Part shown: one piece after another, positions 39,807-48,501 of the stretch | Layout of the letters: the number at the start of each line of letters is the position of its first letter | Numbering within the stretch: position 1 is the stretch's first letter | Assembly (NCBI GenBank): GCA_030835925.1 | Contig: JAURQW010000017.1 | Coordinates: 1-52,881, forward strand | Direction of reading: 5' to 3' | Length of the DNA stretch: 52,881 nt | DNA from: Gammaproteobacteria bacterium | GTDB taxonomy: Bacteria > Pseudomonadota > Gammaproteobacteria > GCA-002705445 > GCA-002716945 | Program-made: the position numbers and the translations under genes | The notes under the pieces: model-generated | What the model saw: the letters and a program-made list of their open reading frames with translations, nothing else | Databases searched by the model: none | Told to the model about the DNA's origin: nothing

Positions 39807-40457
39807 ATGAAAATAATTGATAACAAATACTATCTAATAGATCTAGATGGAGTGATATTGGATACCAGCTATGATAACTACTTTTGGCAAAAGCATATTC
39901 CACGAGTTTATGCACAAAAGAAAGCTATCGATGAGAAGGATGCTGTAAATGTTACACACTCATTATTTAATTATAAGAAAAAAACAAAAGAATGGTATGA
40001 CATAGTCTACTGGTCAAATTTACTAGATATAGATATTGTCCATGAAAAAAAGAAGAGCGAAAATATGTCTTTAATAAAACTACAAAAAGGGTCTCTAAAT
40101 ATACTTGAGCGGCTCAGAGAATTAAATAAAAAACTTTTTTTGGTAACAAATGCCCACAGAAAAACACTAGAGATAAAACTGTCTAAGTTTGACCTATCTA
40201 TATACTTTGATGAAATAATTTGTTCTCATGAGCTTGGATATATAAAAGAAGATATACAGTTTTGGCATATACTCAGAAACAAGTTGCAAGTTGATTATAA
40301 TGATTCAGTTTTAATCGAAGATACATTTGATAATATAAGATCTGCTCATCATGCGGGTGTTGGTAGTTTTATATATATTAATAACGAAAAAAAGGATTTG
40401 GGTAATATAAAACCACTAATACTTAGATCACTATCTGATTTAGCTTCTAGCATGTAG
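39807..40457 (+). CDS. HAD-superfamily hydrolase (YrfG-like nucleotidase)
   Basis: 216 aa. Motif I is LIDLDGV, followed by a LVTNA motif and a C-terminal ED...SAHHAG. It is divergent from nudE, matching the enteric yrfE-yrfG neighbourhood. Confidence 0.65.
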   Translation: MKIIDNKYYLIDLDGVILDTSYDNYFWQKHIPRVYAQKKAIDEKDAVNVTHSLFNYKKKTKEWYDIVYWSNLLDIDIVHEKKKSENMSLIKLQKGSLNILERLRELNKKLFLVTNAHRKTLEIKLSKFDLSIYFDEIICSHELGYIKEDIQFWHILRNKLQVDYNDSVLIEDTFDNIRSAHHAGVGSFIYINNEKKDLGNIKPLILRSLSDLASSM

Positions 40458-40955
40458 AATTGATATTTTCTCTAAGCAGAAATTTCTAGGAAATATTTCG
40501 TTTACATAAATAGTTTTTCTTCCGCTTTTATATATCGCTATTCTATGAACGTTATTATTGATTAATTTATAAATTACTTGTTTTTTTTTGAATCTTTTAG
40601 GTCTCAAAACATAAGTGCCCAACGATCTTGATCCAAGTATTTTTAAAAACCTTTCTTTCCCAGAAATGTATTTATCAGGCATAAAAGTATGCGCATAAAT
40701 ACTAGGATAGTGATCTGTCATTAGCATGACACTCCTGTATGTGCCTATCTCATTTATGTTAAGTATGCCTATTTCTGATAAAGATTTATGATATACGGAT
40801 GCTTGTTTTAGAACTTTGACCCTGAAATTATGGCCTATCTTGCTCATTAACCTGTTTGTCAACGGATTATTATCTATAATACTTAGCCTGGTTTTCCTTT
40901 TTAGAGTATTAAGGATTCTCTCGTTTTTCCAGTTTTTTAGGTATTTATAACTCAT
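40440..40955 (-). CDS. ubiC: Chorismate pyruvate-lyase
   Basis: Collinear by eye with E. coli UbiC. LTNRLMSKIGHNFRVKVLKQ matches MTKRFEQQGKTVSV, YRSVMLM matches WLREILL, LGSRSLGTYVL matches LGKTPLGRYLF, and IYVNEIFP matches LLLTELFLP. The ATG at 40955 forms an ATGA overlap with the recG stop. Confidence 0.55.
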   Translation of the reverse strand: MSYKYLKNWKNERILNTLKRKTRLSIIDNNPLTNRLMSKIGHNFRVKVLKQASVYHKSLSEIGILNINEIGTYRSVMLMTDHYPSIYAHTFMPDKYISGKERFLKILGSRSLGTYVLRPKRFKKKQVIYKLINNNVHRIAIYKSGRKTIYVNEIFPRNFCLEKISILHARS

Positions 40956-43024
40956 AGCTCTATACTTTCTGAACGATCTTTCCCCCATCTCTTAACTAAC
41001 TTACTCTTATTTTCAGTATTCAGATCTTCAAGGATTGTCATAGCGTCCTTAACTATATCATAATTGGTGATTGCATCATCAGGCGTTGCTAGTTTAAAAT
41101 TATGATGAGACCCTGATTGTTTTATACCCAGATAATCACCTTGGCCCCTCAATCGAAGATCTTCTTCGGCGATATTGAATCCGTTACTATGTTTTTCTAA
41201 TGCAGCAAGTCTTCTCATAGCATTATCATTAACTTCATCTTTGCATATCAAATAACAATAACTTTGTTTGCTACTTCTTCCGACACGGCCCCTAAGTTGA
41301 TGTAATTGGGATAACCCAAATCTGTTTGAATCTTCAATAACAATGCATGTTGCATTAGGTACATCTATTCCAACCTCTATCATTGTTGTACAAACAAGTA
41401 TATCAATTTTACCATTGATAAATTCAGACATGCTTTTATTATTTTCTCTTGTATCATTTCTACCATGGAGAACAGCTATATTATATGAAGGGAACTTCTC
41501 ATTAAGTGTATCAAAGATCCCCGCAATATATTCTAACTCTAGGGATTCAGTAAAATCAATACAAGAGCATACCCAATAAACTTGCTCATTGGATGATAAC
41601 GTATTTGAGATATGTTCATAGAGTTTGTGCTTGTTAGATGAGGATAAAATATTAGTAATTATAGTTTTTCGGCCGTGAGGCATCTGATCAACTACTGTAT
41701 AATCTAGACCTTCATATAATACAAGCGATAGAGATCTAGGAATTGGTGTGGCTGATAGATATATTTCATGCGGATAAATATCTTTAGAATAGTTAGATGA
41801 TATTTTAACTCTTTGTTTAATACCAAACTTATGCTGCTCGTCTATTATGACAAGTCCTAAGTTTTTGAAAATAACATTATCTTCAATTAATGCATGAGTT
41901 CCTATGACAATGTGAGATTCTCCATGGGAAATTGAATCTAATAAAGACATTTTAGCTTTGCCTTTTATATTACTTTTGATACATGATATTTTTATTGGTA
42001 AATCTGAAAATATTTGTTTAAATGTTTTGTGGTGTTGGTCTGCTAGTATTTCAGTTGGCACAAGAATAGCAACTTGTAAATTAGACATTGTGGCATAATG
42101 AGTTGCCACAGCTGCTATGATTGTCTTACCTGAGCCAACATCACCCTGAATAAGTCTTTTTGTAGGGTATGTATTTTTTAGACTATGTCTAATGTCAGCT
42201 ATAGCATCTTGTTGAGATTGTGTTAACTTAAATGGAAGTGATTCTATAAAAGCATTTGACGCACTATCATCTATAATAAACTTGTGGCTCTTGTTAGTCT
42301 GATGTTTCTTTTTTGCATTAATTAACATAAGTTTATATGCTAATAGCTCTTCTAAGATAAATCTCTGTCTACCTATCTCAAATTGCGAGTTTGATTCATC
42401 AAAATCATGAGATTCTGGAAAATGACAGTATTTTAACGCATCTAAGTAATGTGGTAATTTAAATTTTTTTAATAAACTGATGCTAAATATATCAGCATTG
42501 TTCTTCTTCAATAAATATTCATATATAAACCTAATGAGCTTTCTTATTTTATTCTGAGAAATCATTTTCTTTGTTTGATAGTAAGGAATGACTTTTTCAA
42601 TTATATCTTTTCCGGTTATTATTTCTAAATCAGGATGTATGAATTCAATAAGTCTACCCCTAAGTCTGGCTATTCCAGAGAATCGTATTTTAAGACCTGG
42701 TTTTAAATTCGAATAGATAATTATTTTATGGATGAAACGAATTTGGATGCTTGTGCCTTCAACATCAACGCTTAATATTAAATTTGGCTTTGCCCCTTTG
42801 GTTTTAAAGGCTTTTTGTATATCACCTATAAATAAGCATGGAGAAGCATTCTCTATGTCAGAAATATTCGTTAGTTGAGTTTTATCTATTAAAAAGCTTG
42901 GCAAAAAAAGAATTAAATCACTTATTCTTTTTATTCCTATAGAGTGAAGTTTTAATTTCGTAGAAGGCCCTACAGACGGTAAATCCTCAAGGTTATTATC
43001 GTCCAAACTATTTTTTATCGTCAT
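40952..43024 (-). CDS. recG: ATP-dependent DNA helicase RecG
   Basis: 690 aa. Walker A GDVGSGKT, DEQH box (IIDEQHKFG), HGR...M and QLRGRVGR motifs, and an N-terminal wedge domain. Confidence 0.9.
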   Translation of the reverse strand: MTIKNSLDDNNLEDLPSVGPSTKLKLHSIGIKRISDLILFLPSFLIDKTQLTNISDIENASPCLFIGDIQKAFKTKGAKPNLILSVDVEGTSIQIRFIHKIIIYSNLKPGLKIRFSGIARLRGRLIEFIHPDLEIITGKDIIEKVIPYYQTKKMISQNKIRKLIRFIYEYLLKKNNADIFSISLLKKFKLPHYLDALKYCHFPESHDFDESNSQFEIGRQRFILEELLAYKLMLINAKKKHQTNKSHKFIIDDSASNAFIESLPFKLTQSQQDAIADIRHSLKNTYPTKRLIQGDVGSGKTIIAAVATHYATMSNLQVAILVPTEILADQHHKTFKQIFSDLPIKISCIKSNIKGKAKMSLLDSISHGESHIVIGTHALIEDNVIFKNLGLVIIDEQHKFGIKQRVKISSNYSKDIYPHEIYLSATPIPRSLSLVLYEGLDYTVVDQMPHGRKTIITNILSSSNKHKLYEHISNTLSSNEQVYWVCSCIDFTESLELEYIAGIFDTLNEKFPSYNIAVLHGRNDTRENNKSMSEFINGKIDILVCTTMIEVGIDVPNATCIVIEDSNRFGLSQLHQLRGRVGRSSKQSYCYLICKDEVNDNAMRRLAALEKHSNGFNIAEEDLRLRGQGDYLGIKQSGSHHNFKLATPDDAITNYDIVKDAMTILEDLNTENKSKLVKRWGKDRSESIEL

Positions 43025-43029
43025 TTGTA

Positions 43030-43419
43030 TTAGTCACCGATGTAAACAACGGCGTCAATTTCAACTAAAACATCTTTTGGCAGACGACTAACTTCAACAG
43101 CTGCCCTAGCTGGGTATGGTTCATCAAAAACTGTGGAAATTGCATCATTTACAGACTGAAAGTTAGCCAAGTCCGTTAGATATACGTTTAATTTTACAAC
43201 GTTGCAAAGTTTACTATCTGAATCAACAATAATTGCCTTTAGATTTTCTAAAACCTGCTTAACCTGTATATTAAAGTCTTCAGAGACTATTTCCATCGTT
43301 TGGGGAACAAGTGGTATTTGGCCAGAGACATACATAAACCCTCCAGCTTTAACTGCCTGAGAATATGCTCCAATAGCTGACGGAGCATTTTTTGTTTGAA
43401 TAGCTTTTAATTTTATCAT
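43030..43419 (-). CDS. ridA: RidA family reactive-intermediate (enamine/imine) deaminase
   Basis: 129 aa. Has TKNAPSAIGAYSQAV, PARAAVEV and LPKDVLVEIDAV. Confidence 0.9.
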   Translation of the reverse strand: MIKLKAIQTKNAPSAIGAYSQAVKAGGFMYVSGQIPLVPQTMEIVSEDFNIQVKQVLENLKAIIVDSDSKLCNVVKLNVYLTDLANFQSVNDAISTVFDEPYPARAAVEVSRLPKDVLVEIDAVVYIGD

Positions 43420-43772
43420 GGTTTTGTTCTCACATACCCATCGTTATTAAGTTTTTCCAAATAATCATGCCAATATTCTTTATAGTTCTTAGCAAGTTCA
43501 TGTAAATATTCCCACGAATATAACCCAGTGTTATGTCCATCATCAAAAACAATTTTAACCGCATAGTTTCCTATGGGCTCAATTTGATCAATTCCAACGT
43601 TTTCTTTACCCTTCTGCAAGACTTCTTGTCCTGGGCCATGACCTTTGACTTCAGCTGATGGCGAAAAGCATCTTAGGTACTCAGAAGTTAAGTCAGCATT
43701 TAGACCATCTTCAAATGTAAGCGAAAGCGTATTTGTTTTTTTAATATATCTAATTTCAGTAGGCCTAATCAT
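43416..43772 (-). CDS. DUF971 family protein (gamma-butyrobetaine hydroxylase-like N-terminal domain)
   Basis: 118 aa. Has L.L.F.DG, SAEYLR-type (SEYLRCFSPSAEV), Y.V.I.F.DGH.TGLYSW.YL. Confidence 0.6.
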   Translation of the reverse strand: MIRPTEIRYIKKTNTLSLTFEDGLNADLTSEYLRCFSPSAEVKGHGPGQEVLQKGKENVGIDQIEPIGNYAVKIVFDDGHNTGLYSWEYLHELAKNYKEYWHDYLEKLNNDGYVRTKP

Positions 43773-43803
43773 TAATTAAGTATATATTTATATTCAAGAA
43801 ATT

Positions 43804-44712
43804 TCACCGACTATTCTTATTTTTACTAGCTGCCCTTGGGTGTGAGCTTGTATAGACCTTTTTTAGATGCTCGAAATCAACATTAGTATAAATTTGCGTC
43901 GTGCTAATATCTTCATGTCCAAGAAATTCCTGAACAGCCCTTAAATCACCAGAGGATTCAAGCAGGTGTGTCGCACAGGAATGGCGAAGTGTATGAGGGC
44001 TAATTTTACAGTTGATACCCTTGAACTTAGCCCAATAATTTAGCCTTATTTGCACAGATCTATTAGAGAGTCTATTGCCAAACTTATTTAAAAATACTGC
44101 ATCATTAGACATAGATATAGAGTTTCTTTTATCTAACCATTTTTTTATAGCAGCTAAAGCCTGTGATCCAATCGGTAAGTATCTTTGTTTGTTGCCCTTT
44201 CCTATAACAGATAGAGTTCCATCTTCTATGCTTAATGATGAAATATTTAACGATGTGATTTCACTTAATCTTAATCCAGAACTATACATCAACTCAATCA
44301 TGGCTTTATCTCTTATTGAAGCAAAGCTAGTTTCAGGAATATCGCATAACTCATCTATCTGAGTTATTGATAGTATGAGTGGTAACTTTTGTAATCGTTT
44401 AGGAACAATAATCTTTTTCGAAGGATTTATTGAAATTAATTTTTTTTTGTATAAAAAAGAAAAAAAAGATCTGATAGAAGACGCTTTTCTAGAAATGCTA
44501 GTTGCAAGAAACCCGGACCTGTTGAGAGAATTAATATATTTTTGAATAAGATCGGTAGTTACTTCTGAAACCTTAACTATCTTATTGTTAGACAGATAAG
44601 TAAAAAATTTATCTAGGTCTAGAGAATAGTTTTTAAGAGTGTCATTGCTATATCGCTTTTCATATTTAAGATAAGAGCTAAAGGTCTTTGTGTAACTATT
44701 TAAGTCAGTCAT
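43804..44712 (-). CDS. xerC: Tyrosine recombinase XerC
   Basis: Catalytic residues appear in ...SGLRLSE..., HTLRHSCATHLL and LGHEDISTTQIYT. Position downstream of dapF. The ATG at 44712 is preferred over the 24-codon longer track ORF. Confidence 0.85.
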   Translation of the reverse strand: MTDLNSYTKTFSSYLKYEKRYSNDTLKNYSLDLDKFFTYLSNNKIVKVSEVTTDLIQKYINSLNRSGFLATSISRKASSIRSFFSFLYKKKLISINPSKKIIVPKRLQKLPLILSITQIDELCDIPETSFASIRDKAMIELMYSSGLRLSEITSLNISSLSIEDGTLSVIGKGNKQRYLPIGSQALAAIKKWLDKRNSISMSNDAVFLNKFGNRLSNRSVQIRLNYWAKFKGINCKISPHTLRHSCATHLLESSGDLRAVQEFLGHEDISTTQIYTNVDFEHLKKVYTSSHPRAASKNKNSR

Positions 44713-45559
44713 TCCATGTACCTTCATACTCAAAGGCGGTAGGCCCTGATAAATATAAAGTGTCATCTTCACAGTTAATTTCAAGAATACCCCCGGCTTG
44801 TTCTACATAAACTTGGTCAAGCTTATTATGCAAAATATCGGAGTATTTAAAAGCAAATGCAGCTGTTGCAGATGCACCGCTGCCACATGAGCTTGTCCAT
44901 CCAGCGCCTCTTTCATTTACCTTGAGCTTAATATAATTGTCTTTAGTATTAATAAATCTATCAAAATTTAGTATAAAAGAAATATTTGGCACTGGGGAAT
45001 AAAGTTCATGCAAGTATTTTATAATAGAACCTTTGTTATCATAGCAACCACTTGAAAAAACAACACAATGAAAATTGCCGAGCATGATAGGTGAAAATGA
45101 AAAAGATGTATCAGCATTATTATCCAAATTAACATTAAAGTAAAAATCTTCATCTTTCAGAGTTGATTTCGTTGGTGTTTGCATAAGATCTTGTTTAAGG
45201 AAAGTAGGCTTGCCCATGGTGATTTTTATGTGATTCTCGTTTAGATATGACGCATGATATTTTACGCCTTTGACAGCTATCGATGATTTTTTGTAATTAT
45301 AATATTTATAAAGGAAAGACATGATGGCGCGCATGCCATTCCCGCACTGATACGCTTCTGATCCATCTTGATTAAAGATCTGGCAAAGGACATTGTTGGC
45401 GTTCATTATATTTAATAACAATAACTGATCACAGCCAATACTATCTCTTGAAGAAATTTTCTTTACCTGAGAAGTTGTAAGATTATGACGCGAGATAGTG
45501 TTATCAATGATAATAAAATCATTGCCCTGGCTATTCATCTTGACAAAATTCACCTTCAT
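44705..45559 (-). CDS. dapF: Diaminopimelate epimerase
   Basis: 284 aa. Has MNSQGNDFIIID, with catalytic Cys contexts QCGNGMRA and SCGSGASA. Confidence 0.85.
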   Translation of the reverse strand: MKVNFVKMNSQGNDFIIIDNTISRHNLTTSQVKKISSRDSIGCDQLLLLNIMNANNVLCQIFNQDGSEAYQCGNGMRAIMSFLYKYYNYKKSSIAVKGVKYHASYLNENHIKITMGKPTFLKQDLMQTPTKSTLKDEDFYFNVNLDNNADTSFSFSPIMLGNFHCVVFSSGCYDNKGSIIKYLHELYSPVPNISFILNFDRFINTKDNYIKLKVNERGAGWTSSCGSGASATAAFAFKYSDILHNKLDQVYVEQAGGILEINCEDDTLYLSGPTAFEYEGTWND

Positions 45560-45577
45560 ATCATTTCTATTCTAGTT

Positions 45578-46819
45578 CTATAAAAATTTTATCTCGTTTT
45601 CTAAGATCTGATCAATAGTATCTCTCTTACGAATTTTATTTACTTTGTTGTTTGAAATAATGTATTCGTCAATCTTTGGTCTTGTATTATAATTTGATGC
45701 TAGAACAAACCCATATGCCCCTACATTTTCAACTGCAAGGAAGTCTCCTTGTGATACCGATAACTTTCTGTCTTTACCAAGAAAATCTGCTGTTTCACAA
45801 ATTGGGCCAACTACATCATATGATGTTTTAGGAGTACTTGTGTTTACTACCTCTATAATAGAGTGAAATGCTTCATATAAAGGTGGGCGCAACATGTCAT
45901 TCATGCCTGCGTCAGTAATTACAAAACTTTTCGTAGACGACTCCTTTATATTAATTATCTTAGTGATCAATAAACCTGCTTCTCCTACTATAGACCTGCC
46001 AGGCTCAATAACTAGCGAAAGTTTTCTATTGCCTATTATTTTAATAATTTCAGAAATATAAAGACTTTTATCAACAATAGGTTCACCTTCATAAGAGATA
46101 CCCAGGCCACCGCCTATATCAATATGCTTCAAAGGAATACCGCATGCATCAAGATCATCAACGATAGCAATTATTTTTACAAGAGATTCTAAATAAGGCT
46201 CAAGCTCCATTATTTGAGAACCTATATGAAAATCAATTCCAGCAATTGAAATCCCATCCAGCATAGATGCATCTTTATAAAGCGACAAAATATCTGATTG
46301 ATCAATTCCAAATTTATTATCTCTCATGCCAGTTGTAATATAGGGATGGGTATTGACATTAATAGCAGGATTTACTCTAAACGATATATTGGCTTTTTTG
46401 TTCTTCTGTTTGGCAATTTTATTTATCGTATTTAGCTCATCTTTTGATTCTACGTTGAAACACATAATGTTATTATCAAGAGCTTGAATAATTTCTTCTT
46501 GAGTTTTCCCAACACCAGAAAAAACAATCTTGCTCGGATCTCCACCTGCCGTTAGAACTCTAGTGAGCTCCCCGCCTGAAACAATATCAAAACCAGATCC
46601 AAGTTTGGCTAGAAGTGAAAGTATAGAAAGGTTTGAATTCGCTTTAACTGAATAACAAATATTATGACTATGGTCGCCAAAACTTTCACTATAAGAATTA
46701 TAATTGTTTTTGATAATACTCTCAGAATATAGATAAAAAGGAGTCTGACGAGATTTAGCAATTTCTAAAATATTATTATTATCAAAGTGCAAAATGTCTT
46801 GTTTATAATCAATTGTCAT
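45578..46819 (-). CDS. lysA: Diaminopimelate decarboxylase
   Basis: 413 aa. PLP-Lys context YSVKAN, plus GGGLGISY, EPGRSIVG and CETAD. Confidence 0.9.
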   Translation of the reverse strand: MTIDYKQDILHFDNNNILEIAKSRQTPFYLYSESIIKNNYNSYSESFGDHSHNICYSVKANSNLSILSLLAKLGSGFDIVSGGELTRVLTAGGDPSKIVFSGVGKTQEEIIQALDNNIMCFNVESKDELNTINKIAKQKNKKANISFRVNPAINVNTHPYITTGMRDNKFGIDQSDILSLYKDASMLDGISIAGIDFHIGSQIMELEPYLESLVKIIAIVDDLDACGIPLKHIDIGGGLGISYEGEPIVDKSLYISEIIKIIGNRKLSLVIEPGRSIVGEAGLLITKIINIKESSTKSFVITDAGMNDMLRPPLYEAFHSIIEVVNTSTPKTSYDVVGPICETADFLGKDRKLSVSQGDFLAVENVGAYGFVLASNYNTRPKIDEYIISNNKVNKIRKRDTIDQILENEIKFL

Positions 46820-46990
46820 CTAATACTCTGTATCGTCAAGTGACGGTTGTTCAGAATTGATTTCAGGTAGATTTTGGTCTGGAACAGTTAATGGCCCCTT
46901 GTTTCCACAAGATACAAGAAGAAGCGAAACAATGAGTAATAATAATAGTTGAGTAAGACTAACACGAGAATATTTAATTTTATTTATCAT
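46820..46990 (-). CDS. lptM: Small lipoprotein, LptM/YifL-like
   Basis: Lipobox LLVSC followed by GNKGPL (the family-typical CG.KGPL). It lies immediately upstream of lysA, like Pseudomonas lppL. The ATG at 46990 is preferred over the track start at 47008. Confidence 0.55.
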   Translation of the reverse strand: MINKIKYSRVSLTQLLLLLIVSLLLVSCGNKGPLTVPDQNLPEINSEQPSLDDTEY

Positions 46991-47034
46991 ATGATACATT
47001 ATAATCATAATATTGATTGGCTACTAGGCTCATA

Positions 47035-47667
47035 ATGAATTTAAATAATGATGATGTAATAATAATAGGTGACATAAAAATAGCTTCGAAAGTAATATTC
47101 TGGTTTCATGGCTATGGATCTAATAATTGGTCGTTTGAACCAATTATGAAAATGATCAATATGCAGATGAATAATGAAATTTGTATAGTATTACCAAATG
47201 CTCCTTTTGTTAATGATAAGAGATCATGGTATCCACTACCAAAAACAGCAGAAGATGGCTCTATACAAGAAGATCATGAAGGCCTAGAACAGAGTAAATT
47301 AGAGATAAGCAGATTCATAAATAACTTCTCGCTAAAAACAGAGCAGGTTTCTCTAATTGGCGGGTTCTCACAAGGTGCAGCATTGTCACTCAGCATGTTG
47401 TTCAATACTAACCATAAATTTTATGGGTGTATTGCATTATCTGGTTATATGCCAAGCGCAGAATTTTATAGAGATTCAAATATTATGAACTGCAAAATAT
47501 TTATAGCACATGGTTTTTCGGACCAGGCTATTAGTTTTGCTGATTATGAAAAAACACATCAGTTCTTAAGTTCCAAAACTAAAGAAATTGTTAGTCATAC
47601 CGGAGATTTTGGCCACACAGTGACTAAGGAGGTAAGCCAGGAAGTTTCTAAATGGTTAAGTAATTAA
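47035..47667 (+). CDS. Carboxylesterase/phospholipase family alpha/beta hydrolase
   Basis: Has FWFHGYGSN, nucleophile elbow GGFSQGAALS, and FIAHGFSD...GH. The ATG at 47035 is preferred over the TTG at 47017. Confidence 0.7.
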   Translation: MNLNNDDVIIIGDIKIASKVIFWFHGYGSNNWSFEPIMKMINMQMNNEICIVLPNAPFVNDKRSWYPLPKTAEDGSIQEDHEGLEQSKLEISRFINNFSLKTEQVSLIGGFSQGAALSLSMLFNTNHKFYGCIALSGYMPSAEFYRDSNIMNCKIFIAHGFSDQAISFADYEKTHQFLSSKTKEIVSHTGDFGHTVTKEVSQEVSKWLSN

Positions 47668-47692
47668 TATGAGCCCTATGATAGGGCTCATA
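47668..47692. terminator. Perfect 11-bp hairpin between convergent genes (candidate bidirectional terminator)
   Basis: TATGAGCCCTA-tga-TAGGGCTCATA starts 1 nt after the esterase TAA and ends 12 nt before the TAG of the 118-aa gene. No classical U-tract on either side. Confidence 0.5.
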
Positions 47693-47704
47693 CTATAATA
47701 GCCG

Positions 47705-48061
47705 CTAGTCTCTATGTCTTTGGGCTGCTGCCATTGCTGTTTCACTACCATATTTCTCATTGATTTTTTCTACTGTTTCAAAATGATCAGCTCGTCTATG
47801 AGTTAAGCAGTTTCCTTTTTTATCAACGCCCCAAAGAGCATATGCTATAAAAGGTTTCAGATGGTCAGGTGTTTGGTCAAAATGTGGGATGCCAAATCTT
47901 ATTAAAAGATTATTTCGGTCAGCGCCACTTGCTTTTTGCTCAGCAATAATTCGTTGAACTTCAACCTGAAGATCCTTCACGTCTTCACCATTCCACGAAC
48001 CAACCACTGTGCCATCAGGCAATATAATATCGTCACCATTAGGTATTGGATGATCTGCCAT
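47705..48061 (-). CDS. Hypothetical cytoplasmic protein, 118 aa, family not recognised
   Basis: Intact ORF preceded by a strong Shine-Dalgarno sequence (GGAGGAATAATCATG). A hand count gives about 40% GC, similar to conserved core genes such as argH. Followed by the hairpin. No signal peptide or transmembrane segment. Confidence 0.6.
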   Translation of the reverse strand: MADHPIPNGDDIILPDGTVVGSWNGEDVKDLQVEVQRIIAEQKASGADRNNLLIRFGIPHFDQTPDHLKPFIAYALWGVDKKGNCLTHRRADHFETVEKINEKYGSETAMAAAQRHRD

Positions 48062-48153
48062 GATTATTCCTCCTTATTAATCGTTAATAGATATTATAGT
48101 GAAAATATACTCAAAAATATATAATCTACATAAGAGAAATTTGACTTTATGGC

Positions 48154-48501
48154 TCAATTACAAGGAAATTCAGATATATATGCATTCCTGAGAGCTAAAC
48201 CAACCAATGGGGCATCCCCATACTTTGAATAAAAAGAAATATTCTCTTCGATCTCCATATCTATCATGCTCCGTAGTTTAACAGCTGATAGTATTAGATC
48301 ATTTGGTTTACAGAAAAAGTCTAAAGAGTGTCTGGTAAATGTATATTCCTGTGCCCACTCAAGCCCTCCTTCGAGACCATAAATATATTGATCATACATA
48401 TCGGGCGTCGGTCTATCTCTGTAATCATCAATTGTAGGAGCAGAACTATGACTTACTATGCTATATGATATTGCAAGAAACAATATTACGAACCTATACA
48501 T
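48154..48501 (-). CDS. Small exported two-cysteine protein (Rap1a/Tai4-like architecture; unverified)
   Basis: 115 aa. Signal peptide MYRFVILFLAISYSIVSHS/SAP. The only cysteines are in FFCKPNDL and the C-terminal EFPCN. The ATG shares one base with the argH TAA (TAATG). Confidence 0.6.
   Translation of the reverse strand: MYRFVILFLAISYSIVSHSSAPTIDDYRDRPTPDMYDQYIYGLEGGLEWAQEYTFTRHSLDFFCKPNDLILSAVKLRSMIDMEIEENISFYSKYGDAPLVGLALRNAYISEFPCN

Noticed and set aside
43804-44712. Tyrosine recombinase as a mobile-element integrase.
   Set aside because: It sits in the conserved lptM-lysA-dapF-xerC housekeeping context, has XerC-type motifs and length, and has no flanking cargo or repeats.
47705-48061. 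Higher GC of the 118-aa gene as a horizontal-transfer signature.
   Set aside because: My hand count of about 40% GC equals that of sampled argH segments. Elevated GC in this genome tracks strongly conserved coding sequence, not foreign origin.
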